Positions 1 through 9,031 of a stretch of 64,000 nt of DNA are shown in pieces. Below the pieces are notes generated by a model, which was not told the DNA's origin, searched no databases, and saw only the letters and a program-made list of their open reading frames with translations. The translations under genes and the position numbers were made by a program. The first letter of the stretch is position 1; every line of letters begins with the position of its first letter. Source of the stretch: Gammaproteobacteria bacterium (GTDB lineage: Bacteria > Pseudomonadota > Gammaproteobacteria > JABDBA01); contig JABDBA010000001.1 in assembly GCA_013288885.1 (NCBI GenBank), positions 556,025 to 620,024 of the forward strand, given 5' to 3'.

Positions 1-1581
1 TGTGGGTGGTTGAACGGTTGCAGTTGTGCCGTGTTCTGCCAATGCCGACATTGAACGAGCAAAGGATGAAGGTAAGGGTGGTTCTTGTTCAGGCAACGGG
101 GCATCAGCTTGCTTGAAATATGGGATGGGTAATGGACCTGTATTTTCAGCATTATTATCGGTGCGTAAACGCGCTATATGTGTTTGTAACTCGCCGCTTA
201 AATTGTGCATGCTTTCTTGTGATTTACTGAAACATTTTTCAAGATTATTTTTAATTTCCTTAAGCACTTTTTCTACCGTGCTGTTTTTATAATCTTTAAA
301 TAAGGATTTTTTATCATCAAGCACAACATTAAGAATTCTAAAAATATCAATAATTATATCTGCATTAGTGTGTGGCGTATCTACAGCTTGATTATGAAGT
401 TTATGGAGAATAATTTTTAAATTTTCTAATAATTTATTAACGCGTAGTTTGAGCCCTGCCATCTCCTGTTCAGATTTATTACCTTTAGCTAATTTACCCA
501 CAACGCCTTGAGTGATAGATTTGGTATTTTGGTAGTGCCAGAGCGTATTAATGACGATATAAATTGCGCTAATAAGATCGGTAATAGTAATGCCGTTTTC
601 TTGATAGAATGGCGCGGCTTTATTTTTATTAAGGGTCAGTGATGCAATAAGTTTTTCAAAATGTTTTAGCTCTTTTTTTACTCGATCCTTATTATAGCGG
701 TTGTGTCTGATTTTTTTGGCGGTTTCTAGTTCAGTTGTAGTAGCAAGACTTAACTTTTTGCCATCAGGGCCCGGTTCTTTAACTTCTTTATCTTCGCTAC
801 ATGCTGCATTATGTTTATTAATTATTGGTTGGAATTGGCTTGTTAGATACTCAGTATATGTTCTGCGTTCAACTTGTTCAGCTTCTTGTTTTTTATCTTT
901 CTTGCCTAAGGTAGTTATAACAGTGGGGCAGGTTTTTGAAAATTGATAGTTTATTGTAGCTGTAGTTTTACTAACACCGATTTCTAATAATTGTAAAAGC
1001 TGTACTGCGTGACCATCTTCAGTGGCGCGGTCTACCTGCAATTGTATGTCTTGCAGTTCAATATTTCTAAGCGTACTATTGGAGTTTAATAAAATATTTA
1101 GTTTGCTGCAGGCTGTTCGATCAAGCACTACATCCCTTATCATCATAGAATTTATTGAATTACAAATAGTAAGGTTACCAAGCAATATTTTAATAAGCTC
1201 TGCTTTTTTAACATCTTTTGGGCAAGATAATTGTAGTGTTTCTAGCGCTTCACATTCTGTTAATGAATCAATGACAACTTTAAATTGTTCCGGAGTAAAA
1301 TCTGTGGCGCTTAAGTCAAGAGTTTTAAGATAAGCATTTCCTTCAAAAAACTCATTGAATACTCTTATTAAATGGGGTGATAAAATCCCTTTTGGCGTCT
1401 TGAAATAGGCGATCCTTCCTCTTGCGTTGTTTAAAGCACTATTTAGATTTTCCCAATCTTTAGTGTTTAGCGCTTTAGCATCTAGCTTCCATTCAGTTAT
1501 CTCTAATGTGTTATCGTCAGCATTATTGAGATGATCGATAAGTTTTTGATAGCTTGCTTTTGAGTCTATAATAAATCTCAT
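1..1581 (-). CDS. Partial (runs off window start) hypothetical protein with RI-like leucine-rich repeats; candidate secreted effector
   Basis: Not in the ORF track because there is no stop in the window. Hand translation from ATG 1581 (AAAGGT RBS upstream) is open for 527 codons: MRFIIDSKASYQKL... with LRR-like NAYLKTLDLSATDF, EALETLQLS, NSTLRNIELQDIQL, then a helical region and Pro-rich PLPEQEPPLPSS. Confidence 0.75.
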   Translation of the reverse strand, partial: MRFIIDSKASYQKLIDHLNNADDNTLEITEWKLDAKALNTKDWENLNSALNNARGRIAYFKTPKGILSPHLIRVFNEFFEGNAYLKTLDLSATDFTPEQFKVVIDSLTECEALETLQLSCPKDVKKAELIKILLGNLTICNSINSMMIRDVVLDRTACSKLNILLNSNSTLRNIELQDIQLQVDRATEDGHAVQLLQLLEIGVSKTTATINYQFSKTCPTVITTLGKKDKKQEAEQVERRTYTEYLTSQFQPIINKHNAACSEDKEVKEPGPDGKKLSLATTTELETAKKIRHNRYNKDRVKKELKHFEKLIASLTLNKNKAAPFYQENGITITDLISAIYIVINTLWHYQNTKSITQGVVGKLAKGNKSEQEMAGLKLRVNKLLENLKIILHKLHNQAVDTPHTNADIIIDIFRILNVVLDDKKSLFKDYKNSTVEKVLKEIKNNLEKCFSKSQESMHNLSGELQTHIARLRTDNNAENTGPLPIPYFKQADAPLPEQEPPLPSSFARSMSALAEHGTTATVQPPT

Positions 1582-1661
1582 AATATTACCTTTATTAAAT
1601 GTAGTGAGTGATATGCAAAATGCTACAAGAGGATATCAACAACAATATTTGCTGAAATCTC

Positions 1662-1676
1662 GTAAAAATACGTAAG
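1662..1676. promoter_or_regulatory. CpxR-like direct repeat upstream of LRR gene
   Basis: GTAAA-AATAC-GTAAG, one mismatch to the GTAAA-N5-GTAAA CpxR consensus; short motif in AT-rich DNA. Confidence 0.3.
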
Positions 1677-1700
1677 CAATTAGGGTAATACTAGGAGTGG

Positions 1701-2954
1701 TTATAGAGCATCTGACCGGTAGCGCCAAAATTTAGGCAGTAGATAGCAACAAGCGGCAACGCCGACGATACACAAAACACCGCCGGAAACAATAGAAAAA
1801 GTAACACCAAACGCGGCGGCAACTAAACCGGCTTCGGTGTCGCCGAGTTTGGGGCCGCTTAAATAGCTGATCATTTCAATGCCAGATAAGCGGCCACGAA
1901 AATTATTGGGTATGGTTTCATTCCACATGATGCTACGAAAAATTCCACTTACCGCATCGAAACCACCCGCCAACGCTAAGAAAAATAATGCCATCCAGAG
2001 ATGATGCCCAAGATAATAGGTAAGACCAAATAAAATGATCGCAACACCCCATAATGTGGCTGACAATGCAATTGCCACACCATGGCGTTTTACTTCTTTC
2101 GCCCAACCGCTGAGAAATGAAATAATCAGTGCACCAACAGCCGGTGCTGAATATAATAAACCTAATGTTTGCACACCGCCGTAAGATTGAGCGATAGCAG
2201 GAAATAAAGCCATCGGCATACCAAAAATCATCGCAACAAAATCAACGACATAAGTGCCGATTAATTCTTGGCGTGACATGGCATAACGAAAGCCAGTTTT
2301 TAACGAAGCCAAAGTGGATTCGTCGCTTACAGCAACAGGTTTAGGAATATTGCTGATCATGATCAATGCAAACAGAGAAAATAAAAAACTAAAAAAATCG
2401 GCCATGAAAGTAATAACAACGCCGAAATTTGCAATGATAATACCTGCAATAGCAGGGCCGACGATCATGCATACGCTAAATTTAAAAGTACTTAATGCGC
2501 CTACCACTGAAAAATCTTTTTTATCCACCATTTGCTGCGTAATGCTTTCCAGCGCAGGCCGATGTAACCCATTAAGTGCAGACATGGCAGAAGAAGCTAC
2601 GAATAAGATCCAAATATGTGGTGTAGGCAAAGTGGCATTCCAAGCTAATAATAAACTGCCGCAAGCAAGTGAGGCTTCGGCAATCAATAACAATGTGCGG
2701 CGATGGTAACGATCGGCAAACACACCACCGATTAATGCCGTGAACAGCAATGGGATGAGTTGCGCTAAACTTAATAGACCCACCATCAAAGTAGATTGAG
2801 TTTGATGATAAATTTGATACGGCAACGCCACCATGATTAACATCGTGCCAAGAAATGAAATAAATTGACCGAGAAAAAGCCAGCGATAGTTACGATTGTG
2901 TTTTAATAAGGAAAGGTTAATGAAATAACGCATTGTATGGAAGTGCTCAGCCAC
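1701..2954 (-). CDS. MFS transporter (EntS/DHA3-like)
   Basis: About 12 hydrophobic helices, GGVFADRYHRR motif A, N-terminal RNYRWLFLGQFIS. True start may be the second Met (MRYF). Confidence 0.9.
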   Translation of the reverse strand: MAEHFHTMRYFINLSLLKHNRNYRWLFLGQFISFLGTMLIMVALPYQIYHQTQSTLMVGLLSLAQLIPLLFTALIGGVFADRYHRRTLLLIAEASLACGSLLLAWNATLPTPHIWILFVASSAMSALNGLHRPALESITQQMVDKKDFSVVGALSTFKFSVCMIVGPAIAGIIIANFGVVITFMADFFSFLFSLFALIMISNIPKPVAVSDESTLASLKTGFRYAMSRQELIGTYVVDFVAMIFGMPMALFPAIAQSYGGVQTLGLLYSAPAVGALIISFLSGWAKEVKRHGVAIALSATLWGVAIILFGLTYYLGHHLWMALFFLALAGGFDAVSGIFRSIMWNETIPNNFRGRLSGIEMISYLSGPKLGDTEAGLVAAAFGVTFSIVSGGVLCIVGVAACCYLLPKFWRYRSDAL

Positions 2955-3006
2955 TGGTATTCTGTTTATTTAAGCTATATTATGACATCTCTAAGGGCAT
3001 TTTACC

Positions 3007-3558
3007 ATGCAAAAACTATCACGCAAATTTTACGATCGAGATACCATTACAGTGGCCAAAGAACTGTTAGGTAAATATTTAGTGCACCATACCCATGGCA
3101 TTGAACGTATTGGCAAAATTGTTGAGGTGGAAGCGTATTTAGGGCCTCATGATAACGCTGCGCATTCTGCAAAAGGTTTAACTGATCGCACCAAAGTGAT
3201 GTTCGGGCCACCTGGCCATGCCTATGTTTATTTAATTTATGGCATGTATTATTGTATGAATGTGGTGACAGAACGAGAAGGCCATGCATCCGCTGTATTA
3301 TTGCGTGCGGTTGAGCCTATCAAGAATATCGATCAACGCACCCAAGGCCCAGGGCTTTTGTGCAAAGCACTAGCTATTAATAAACAACTGAATGCTCATG
3401 ATTTGATGAGTGATAATTTTTATATCGCAGCTGCAGACGATAGCGCACGTTTTAGCATTGTGAAAAAACCACGCATTGGAGTAGATTATGCGGGTCATTG
3501 GGCGAAACGATTGCTACGTTTTTATATTAAAGGTAATTGCTTTGTTTCGAAATTATAA
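3007..3558 (+). CDS. mpg: DNA-3-methyladenine glycosylase (MPG/AAG family)
   Basis: IVEVEAYLG, MFGPPGHAYVYLIYGMYYCMNVV, AVLLRA, GPGLLC and PRIGV motifs. Confidence 0.95.
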   Translation: MQKLSRKFYDRDTITVAKELLGKYLVHHTHGIERIGKIVEVEAYLGPHDNAAHSAKGLTDRTKVMFGPPGHAYVYLIYGMYYCMNVVTEREGHASAVLLRAVEPIKNIDQRTQGPGLLCKALAINKQLNAHDLMSDNFYIAAADDSARFSIVKKPRIGVDYAGHWAKRLLRFYIKGNCFVSKL

Positions 3559-3573
3559 AACTAAGGACAAAAT

Positions 3574-4623
3574 ATGAAAATATTAAATCAGCTCACCACC
3601 CAGTTTTTGCATTGCTTTGCGCCAGAAACAGCACATCATTTAGCCATTAAAATGCTACGTCATTTACCAGCGCAAAATGTTCTTAGTGATATTGATAGCA
3701 ATATTTTTTCTCAAGAACTATTAGGCATGAAATTCACTCATCCACTTGGTTTGGCGGCGGGTTTTGATAAAAATGCCGATGTATTTGATAAATTGGGGCA
3801 GTTAGGATTTTCATTTGTAGAAGTGGGATCAGTAACGCCACGCCCACAACCAGGCAACCCTAAACCACGTTTATTTCGTTTGCCAGAACAACAAGCCATT
3901 ATCAATCGTTATGGATTTAATTCCGAAGGTTTGGATTATATGGCACAACATCTACAACAATATCCACGCACCTGTATTACTGGAATAAATTTAGGTAAAA
4001 ATAAAGAAACTACCAATTATGCCGATGATTTTCTGCGTAATGCAGAAGTGTTATGCACACTCGGTGATTATTTTGTTGTCAACGTTTCTTCACCTAATAC
4101 GCCCGGGTTACGTGATTTACAAACACCAGAAGCACTCGCGCCGATCATTGATGGAATCCAAGATATTATTCGCCGTAAAAAACCAGGCTTGCCGCTGTTT
4201 GTAAAAATATCGCCAGATATGACTGTTCCACAAGAAACAGCGTTGCTAGAATTTTTGATCACAAAAGCCGTGAATGGCATTATTATCAGCAATACTACAC
4301 TGAGCCGTGAAGGTGTAGAAGGCAGTAAAAACGCGGCAGAAGCCGGTGGTTTATCAGGGCCGCCATTAAAAGAACGCACCACAGCAATGCTACGTCGCGC
4401 TTATAAAATTACTCAAGGCAAGCTAGTTCTCATTGGTTGTGGTGGTATTAGCAGTGGTTTAGATGCTTATGAGAAACTACGAGCCGGTGCTGATCTCTTG
4501 CAAATTTATACGTCATTTGTTTATCACGGCCCACTGGTGATAAGAAAAATATTGGTCGAACTGGCCGAATTGCTAAAGCGGGATGGGGTTAAAAATGTGA
4601 GGGAGATTATCGGACACTTATAA
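3574..4623 (+). CDS. pyrD: Quinone-dependent dihydroorotate dehydrogenase
   Basis: GLAAGFDKN, PQPGNPKPRLFRL, INRYGFN, NVSSPNTPGLR, VKISPD, SNTT, GGLSG motifs. Confidence 0.97.
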   Translation: MKILNQLTTQFLHCFAPETAHHLAIKMLRHLPAQNVLSDIDSNIFSQELLGMKFTHPLGLAAGFDKNADVFDKLGQLGFSFVEVGSVTPRPQPGNPKPRLFRLPEQQAIINRYGFNSEGLDYMAQHLQQYPRTCITGINLGKNKETTNYADDFLRNAEVLCTLGDYFVVNVSSPNTPGLRDLQTPEALAPIIDGIQDIIRRKKPGLPLFVKISPDMTVPQETALLEFLITKAVNGIIISNTTLSREGVEGSKNAAEAGGLSGPPLKERTTAMLRRAYKITQGKLVLIGCGGISSGLDAYEKLRAGADLLQIYTSFVYHGPLVIRKILVELAELLKRDGVKNVREIIGHL

Positions 4624-4703
4624 GCCCCATATAAGTGTCCGATAATTCCTGTTGCAATGTAATTACCGGACACTTATAATAGGCCTATAAGTGTCCGGTA
4701 ATT
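4606..4703. repeat. Tandem pair of 17-7-17 bp inverted repeats overlapping the ATPase promoter
   Basis: ATTATCGGACACTTATA-AGCCCCA-TATAAGTGTCCGATAAT (4606-4646) and ATTACCGGACACTTATA-ATAGGCC-TATAAGTGTCCGGTAAT (4662-4702); both are perfect inverted repeats. Confidence 0.95.
4652..4680 (+). promoter_or_regulatory. Sigma70 promoter of ATPase-nuclease gene 1
   Basis: TTGCAA (4652-4657)-N17-TATAAT (4675-4680); ATG at 4716. Confidence 0.75.
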
Positions 4704-4715
4704 TGGGGGTGGGCT

Positions 4716-6170
4716 ATGTTGATAGGTAGAAACACTGAAATTCGCAGGTTGGAGAAGCTTTTCCGGTCATCGGAGGCTGAATTTGCTGTTTTGTACGGTA
4801 GGAGAAGAGTCGGGAAAACGTACTTGGTCAGGGAGTTTTTTGCGCAAAAGGACTGCCAATTTTTCCAAGTTACGGGGTCACAAAAGGGAACTCTAAGCAA
4901 GCAACTCACCCATTTCACCGACTCATTATCGGAAACCTTTACTCAGGGTGTGAGAATTACCACGCCGGACTCTTGGGAAGCAGCATTTAAAATGCTTACC
5001 CAATTTATTGATTCCATAAAATTTAAAAGCAAAATGGTTATTTTTTTGGATGAATTACCATGGCTGGCGACCAGGCGTTCAGGGTTGCTAGAAGCGTTAG
5101 ATTATTACTGGAATCAATTTTGGTCGACCAACCCTAAAATTATTTTAATTGTTTGTGGTTCAAGTGCTTCATGGCTGATAAAAAATATTATTTATAATCA
5201 AGGGGGTCTACATAATCGTTGTACCTGTGAGCTTAAATTGGATCCTTTCAATTTGGCAGAAACAAACGATTATCTCATTAGCAAAGGAATTAAGTTAAAC
5301 AAAAATCATGTTTTGGCACTTTATATGGCGCTTGGGGGTATTCCGTATTACTTAAAATATATAGAGCCTGGGTTAACTGCGGATGAAAACATACAAAATA
5401 TTCTTTTTGATAAGAAAGCACCACTTAAGGACGAATTTAAAAAACTTTTTAGTTCACTTTTTAAAAATGCTAATGCTTACATAGAGTTAGTGGAACTAAT
5501 TGCACGGAAGAAAGAGGGAATAAGTCGTACAGAGCTTGAATCATCATCAAAGTTGTCCCGTGGTGGAGGAAGGCTGACGCAACGATTAGGTCAGTTAACC
5601 AATACGAACTTTATTGAAACTTATGTACCTTGGGATAAAGAACGAGGCGAGTATTATAAAGTTATTGATGAATTTTGTTTATTTTATATTTATTGGTTAT
5701 CGACAAAACGAAATAAAAAAATTCTACACGATTACTGGTTAAAACGAACACAAAAACCAATATATCATGTATGGGCAGGATATGCATTTGAAGCAATTTG
5801 CCATAAACATATCGCTCAAATTATTCAAGCATTAAATATAAAAACTGCTGAAAATATTTCATCTTGGAAAATAATTGGCAAGAAAGAGAAAGAGAATGAG
5901 GATGGTGCGCAAATTGATTTGTTAATTGATCGAGATGATGATGCAATAACTATATGTGAGATCAAATATACCGATCAACCATTTGTGATTGATAAATCAT
6001 ATGCAGAGAACCTGAAGAAAAAAATTAATGTTTTTAAAAAAGAAACAAGAACTGACAAACAAGTATTTTTAGTCATAATTTCAGCTAATGGTCTTAAGAA
6101 AACGATGTATTCAGAAGAGTTGATTAATGGTTTGGTAACATTAGCTGATCTATTTAAACAGACTATTTGA
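4716..6170 (+). CDS. AAA+/archaeal-type ATPase with central winged helix and C-terminal PD-(D/E)XK nuclease-like (DUF234-like) domain, paralog 1
   Basis: IGRNTE, Walker A YGRRRVGKT, Walker B IFLDELPW, LIVCGS, GGIPYYL, wHTH-like GISRTELESSSKLSRGGGRLTQRL, GYAFEAIC, QIDLLIDR...ICEIKY. Confidence 0.9.
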   Translation: MLIGRNTEIRRLEKLFRSSEAEFAVLYGRRRVGKTYLVREFFAQKDCQFFQVTGSQKGTLSKQLTHFTDSLSETFTQGVRITTPDSWEAAFKMLTQFIDSIKFKSKMVIFLDELPWLATRRSGLLEALDYYWNQFWSTNPKIILIVCGSSASWLIKNIIYNQGGLHNRCTCELKLDPFNLAETNDYLISKGIKLNKNHVLALYMALGGIPYYLKYIEPGLTADENIQNILFDKKAPLKDEFKKLFSSLFKNANAYIELVELIARKKEGISRTELESSSKLSRGGGRLTQRLGQLTNTNFIETYVPWDKERGEYYKVIDEFCLFYIYWLSTKRNKKILHDYWLKRTQKPIYHVWAGYAFEAICHKHIAQIIQALNIKTAENISSWKIIGKKEKENEDGAQIDLLIDRDDDAITICEIKYTDQPFVIDKSYAENLKKKINVFKKETRTDKQVFLVIISANGLKKTMYSEELINGLVTLADLFKQTI

Positions 6171-6199
6171 ACATTTTTAAAACATGAGGAGCATAGGAA

Positions 6200-7175
6200 A
6201 TGAACAACAGACCCGTTTACATTGATTGAATTCGGTATTGCTGGCGGTGTTGACACCAATAGCGATTTACCCATTACGCTCGCACGATCATTGGTGAAAA
6301 AACTGTTAGGAATGCATTCGGCAAAAACATTGGTCGATAAAACTAAGATTTTCTTTTCAATACGCCCTGCTGATTTTAAATTTAAAACACCTTCTGTTAA
6401 AGAACCGCGTACAGGGCTGTCGATGGGCGAACATTGTGAAAAGATGGTAAAAGAATGGAATATTTCACGACAAGCGCAAGATGAGCTTGCACTTAAGAGC
6501 CATCAAAATGGCAGCAACGCATATAGCGATGGTTTTTATAATGATTTAGTATTTGAATTTTGCGGGTTAAAAAAAGACGCCTTTTTACGCGCTGATACTA
6601 CATTAGAAAAACTCGCCAAACTTAAATCGGCGTTTGATTTTTCTAGCCAAGGTACCTTAACTGCTGGCAATAGCACACCATTGACTGATGGGTCGGCTGC
6701 AGTTTTATTGGCGAGTGAGGAAGAAATCAAACGCAAAAATTGGACGCCTTTAGCACGTTTTGTGGATGCGCAAGTTGCTGGAGTAGATTATGTACATGGC
6801 GATGGCTTACTCATGGCCCCTACAATAGCAGTGCCGAAATTACTTGATCGCAATGGACTTAAATTACAAGATTTTGATTTTTACGAAATCCATGAGGCTT
6901 TTGAAGGCCAGCTACTTTGTACACTAAGAGCTTGGGAATCTGCCAATTATTGCCGGAATGTATTAAAAAGAGAGAATGCGTTGGGTGCTATCGATAAAAC
7001 AAAATTAAATATCAAAGGTGGTAGTGTTGCCATTGGGCATCCCTTTGCAGCTACTGGAGCAAGAATTGTAGCTACACTAGCAAAGATATTGCATCAAAAC
7101 GGAAGAGGTCGCGGTCTCATTTCCATTTGCACCGCAGGTGGAATGGGTGTGACCGCGATATTAGAAGCAGCTTAA
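6200..7175 (+). pseudogene. Acetyl-CoA C-acyltransferase (thiolase, FadI/FadA2-like) with internal deletion and frameshift
   Basis: RBS then ATG 6200 gives the typical thiolase start MNNRPVYI, then stops at 6227-6229. The other frame resumes at IEFGIAGGVD and carries HEAF, GHPFAATG and SICTAGG, but the N-terminal catalytic-Cys region is absent. Confidence 0.8.
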
Positions 7176-7864
7176 GCTTTCTTATTAGCACTCAACGTAA
7201 AATCAACTTTCACATCATCTTTTACAGTGTCTGTTTTGGCCCAATCACCGCGACCTACACCAAACTGCGTGCGTTTTAATAGGGCAGTGCCTTTCGCCAA
7301 TGCTTTAGTGGCGGAATATTGCTGCATGGTGAACGTCAACACAGTCGGCAACGTTTTATCGCGAATGGTCAGTGTGCCATCAGCTTGATAAGTGTTGTCG
7401 CCCGTTTTAGTAAACTTATTGGCAGTGAAAATCGCTTGTGGAAAAAGTTTTACATCAAACCAATCAGGTGTCATCAATGTGGTTGCTACGTCGCCATAAG
7501 AAGCACTAACAGAAGTCATATCCACCACAATTTTAACATTACTACTGGCAAGTTGTGTCGGATCAAAATTAATCGTGCCGCTAAAACTTTTAAATTCACC
7601 CGTGGTAGGAGCACCATTTTGCGTCGCGGTAAATGTAATATGACTTTCACTCGGCACAATTTGCCAAGCAGGCACAGCTGCAGAGGCGGCGATGGGGAAT
7701 GCCATCAGAAAAATTAAACCCCAAATAATGCCCATACCCAAACCAATTGGTTTTTCAGCTAGGCGTCGAGCTGCGAGCAACCGGAGCATATGGGTTATAT
7801 GTGAGGCTTGCGAGCAGCGAAGAGAACAACGCTGAAAAGCCAAGTGGGAAGGGTATGTAATCAT
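7172..7864 (-). CDS. yceI: YceI-family periplasmic lipid/polyisoprenoid-binding protein with in-frame repeat insertion near the N-terminus
   Basis: WQIVPSESHITF, GEFKSFSGTINFD, DWFDVKLFPQAIF, GTLTIRD, RTQFGVG. ATG overlaps the cybB stop (ATGA). Confidence 0.88.
   Translation of the reverse strand: MITYPSHLAFQRCSLRCSQASHITHMLRLLAARRLAEKPIGLGMGIIWGLIFLMAFPIAASAAVPAWQIVPSESHITFTATQNGAPTTGEFKSFSGTINFDPTQLASSNVKIVVDMTSVSASYGDVATTLMTPDWFDVKLFPQAIFTANKFTKTGDNTYQADGTLTIRDKTLPTVLTFTMQQYSATKALAKGTALLKRTQFGVGRGDWAKTDTVKDDVKVDFTLSANKKA
7733..7857. mobile_element. ERIC/Rickettsia-palindromic-element-like miniature repeat (~125 bp)
   Basis: Termini CATACCC...GGGTATG, nested inverted segments (TTGGTTTTTCAGC / GCTGAAAAGCCAA) and central CCGGAGCATAT...ATATGTGAGG core resembling ERIC/RPE cores. 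GC-richer than flanks. Confidence 0.7.
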
Positions 7865-8400
7865 GAGAAAATCCTCCTTAGAACATCGTCTTTATTAATA
7901 AAATGGTGTTTGAGAGCAGCCGCCACGTGGCCACAAATGATAGCGATTAAACCATAACCTAACCATTTGTGGATGAAGGCAAATAAATGCAGCAATTTTT
8001 CATCAGGGGCAACCAGTGTAGGCAATACAAACAAACCAAAGAAAGAAGGCCCTATGCCCGCTGCTGAAGTTACCAGCCAGCCGGTGATTGGCATTGCAAA
8101 CATTAAAAGATAAAAAAGCCAATGCACAAAACGCGCAGCGAATTGTTCCCAATACGGCATTGCTGTTGGCAATGACGGCAACACATTGCTGATGCGCCAT
8201 ACAATACGCACACACACTAACATCAGCACTAAAATTCCAAACTCTTTATGCCATCCAAAAAGTTTTAGTTTCAGTGCGTTATTCGGCAACCCTGTCATGT
8301 AAATGCCTAACGCAAGCATCCCAATGATCAGAATTGCCATCACCCAGTGCAGTAATATATTTATTGATCCATAACGATTTTGTGTATTTGTTAGCTGCAT
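7861..8400 (-). CDS. cybB: Cytochrome b561 (YceJ/CybB family)
   Basis: RY...LLHWVMA, WHKEFG, VHWLFY...PITGW, IHKW...GHVAAALKHHF..KDDVLRRI heme-ligand pattern. Confidence 0.93.
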   Translation of the reverse strand: MQLTNTQNRYGSINILLHWVMAILIIGMLALGIYMTGLPNNALKLKLFGWHKEFGILVLMLVCVRIVWRISNVLPSLPTAMPYWEQFAARFVHWLFYLLMFAMPITGWLVTSAAGIGPSFFGLFVLPTLVAPDEKLLHLFAFIHKWLGYGLIAIICGHVAAALKHHFINKDDVLRRIFS

Positions 8401-8410
8401 TGTTTATCCT

Positions 8411-8995
8411 CTAGCCTGTTTTAGTTGCTTCTGCTTCGATATCAAGTTTCACTGTGTCAGATAAGCCAGGTAGAAATGCGCTCATGCCATAATCGGAACG
8501 TTTCAGCGTTGCCGTTGCTGTGAAGCCAGCGGTTTTTTTATTGGTGATAGGACTAATCGCCAATTTATTTAATTTAACATTAAGGGTGAGCGGTTTAGTA
8601 ACACCATGCACGGTCAGCATGCCTTGTACTTTAGCAGTATCTTTACCCGTGACAATAACTTTATCGCTCACAAAAGTAGCGGTAGGGAATTTGGTGACAT
8701 CAAAAAATTCTGCACTTTTAAGATGAGTCTCTAATTTAGGAATCCCGGTATCCATACTATCAACGTTAATGGTGACATTGATTTTGCTATTTTGTGGATT
8801 AGCTTCATCTAAGGTCAGTGTGCCATCAGCCATCCATTTGCCCGCTGGGTTTGAAAAGCCAAAATGGCTGATATGCCACATTACGTAACTATGTGTGTTA
8901 TCCAATGTATAGGTTTCAGGCGCTGCTTGTGCAGAGGTTACAAAAAACAGCGAAGATGCCAACAACAATGTTGCTAAAATAGAAATGCGTTTCAT
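8411..8995 (-). CDS. yceI: YceI-family protein
   Basis: Signal peptide, YTLDNTHS, HFGFS, HLKSAEFFD..KFPTATF, GMLTVHGVTKP, KRSDYG. Confidence 0.95.
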   Translation of the reverse strand: MKRISILATLLLASSLFFVTSAQAAPETYTLDNTHSYVMWHISHFGFSNPAGKWMADGTLTLDEANPQNSKINVTINVDSMDTGIPKLETHLKSAEFFDVTKFPTATFVSDKVIVTGKDTAKVQGMLTVHGVTKPLTLNVKLNKLAISPITNKKTAGFTATATLKRSDYGMSAFLPGLSDTVKLDIEAEATKTG

Positions 8996-9031
8996 AAATG
9001 TTCTCCTTATATAATATAAAATGGGAATGGT

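Noticed and set aside
26-1333. Plus-strand ORFs 26..292, 701..946 and 1022..1333
   Set aside because: Antisense shadows of the long minus-strand ORF 1..1581.
4606-4703. Repeats as a mini-CRISPR array or as lox/dif-type recombination sites (arms end in TATA around a short spacer, as in loxP)
   Set aside because: Arms alternate in orientation with 7 and 15 bp gaps, and no cas or recombinase gene is in the window. Precise overlap with a sigma70 promoter favours operators. A recombination role is not strictly excluded.
6171-6230. Thiolase 5'-truncated by insertion of the ATPase
   Set aside because: The native RBS and first eight codons are still present at 6200; the lesion is an internal deletion.
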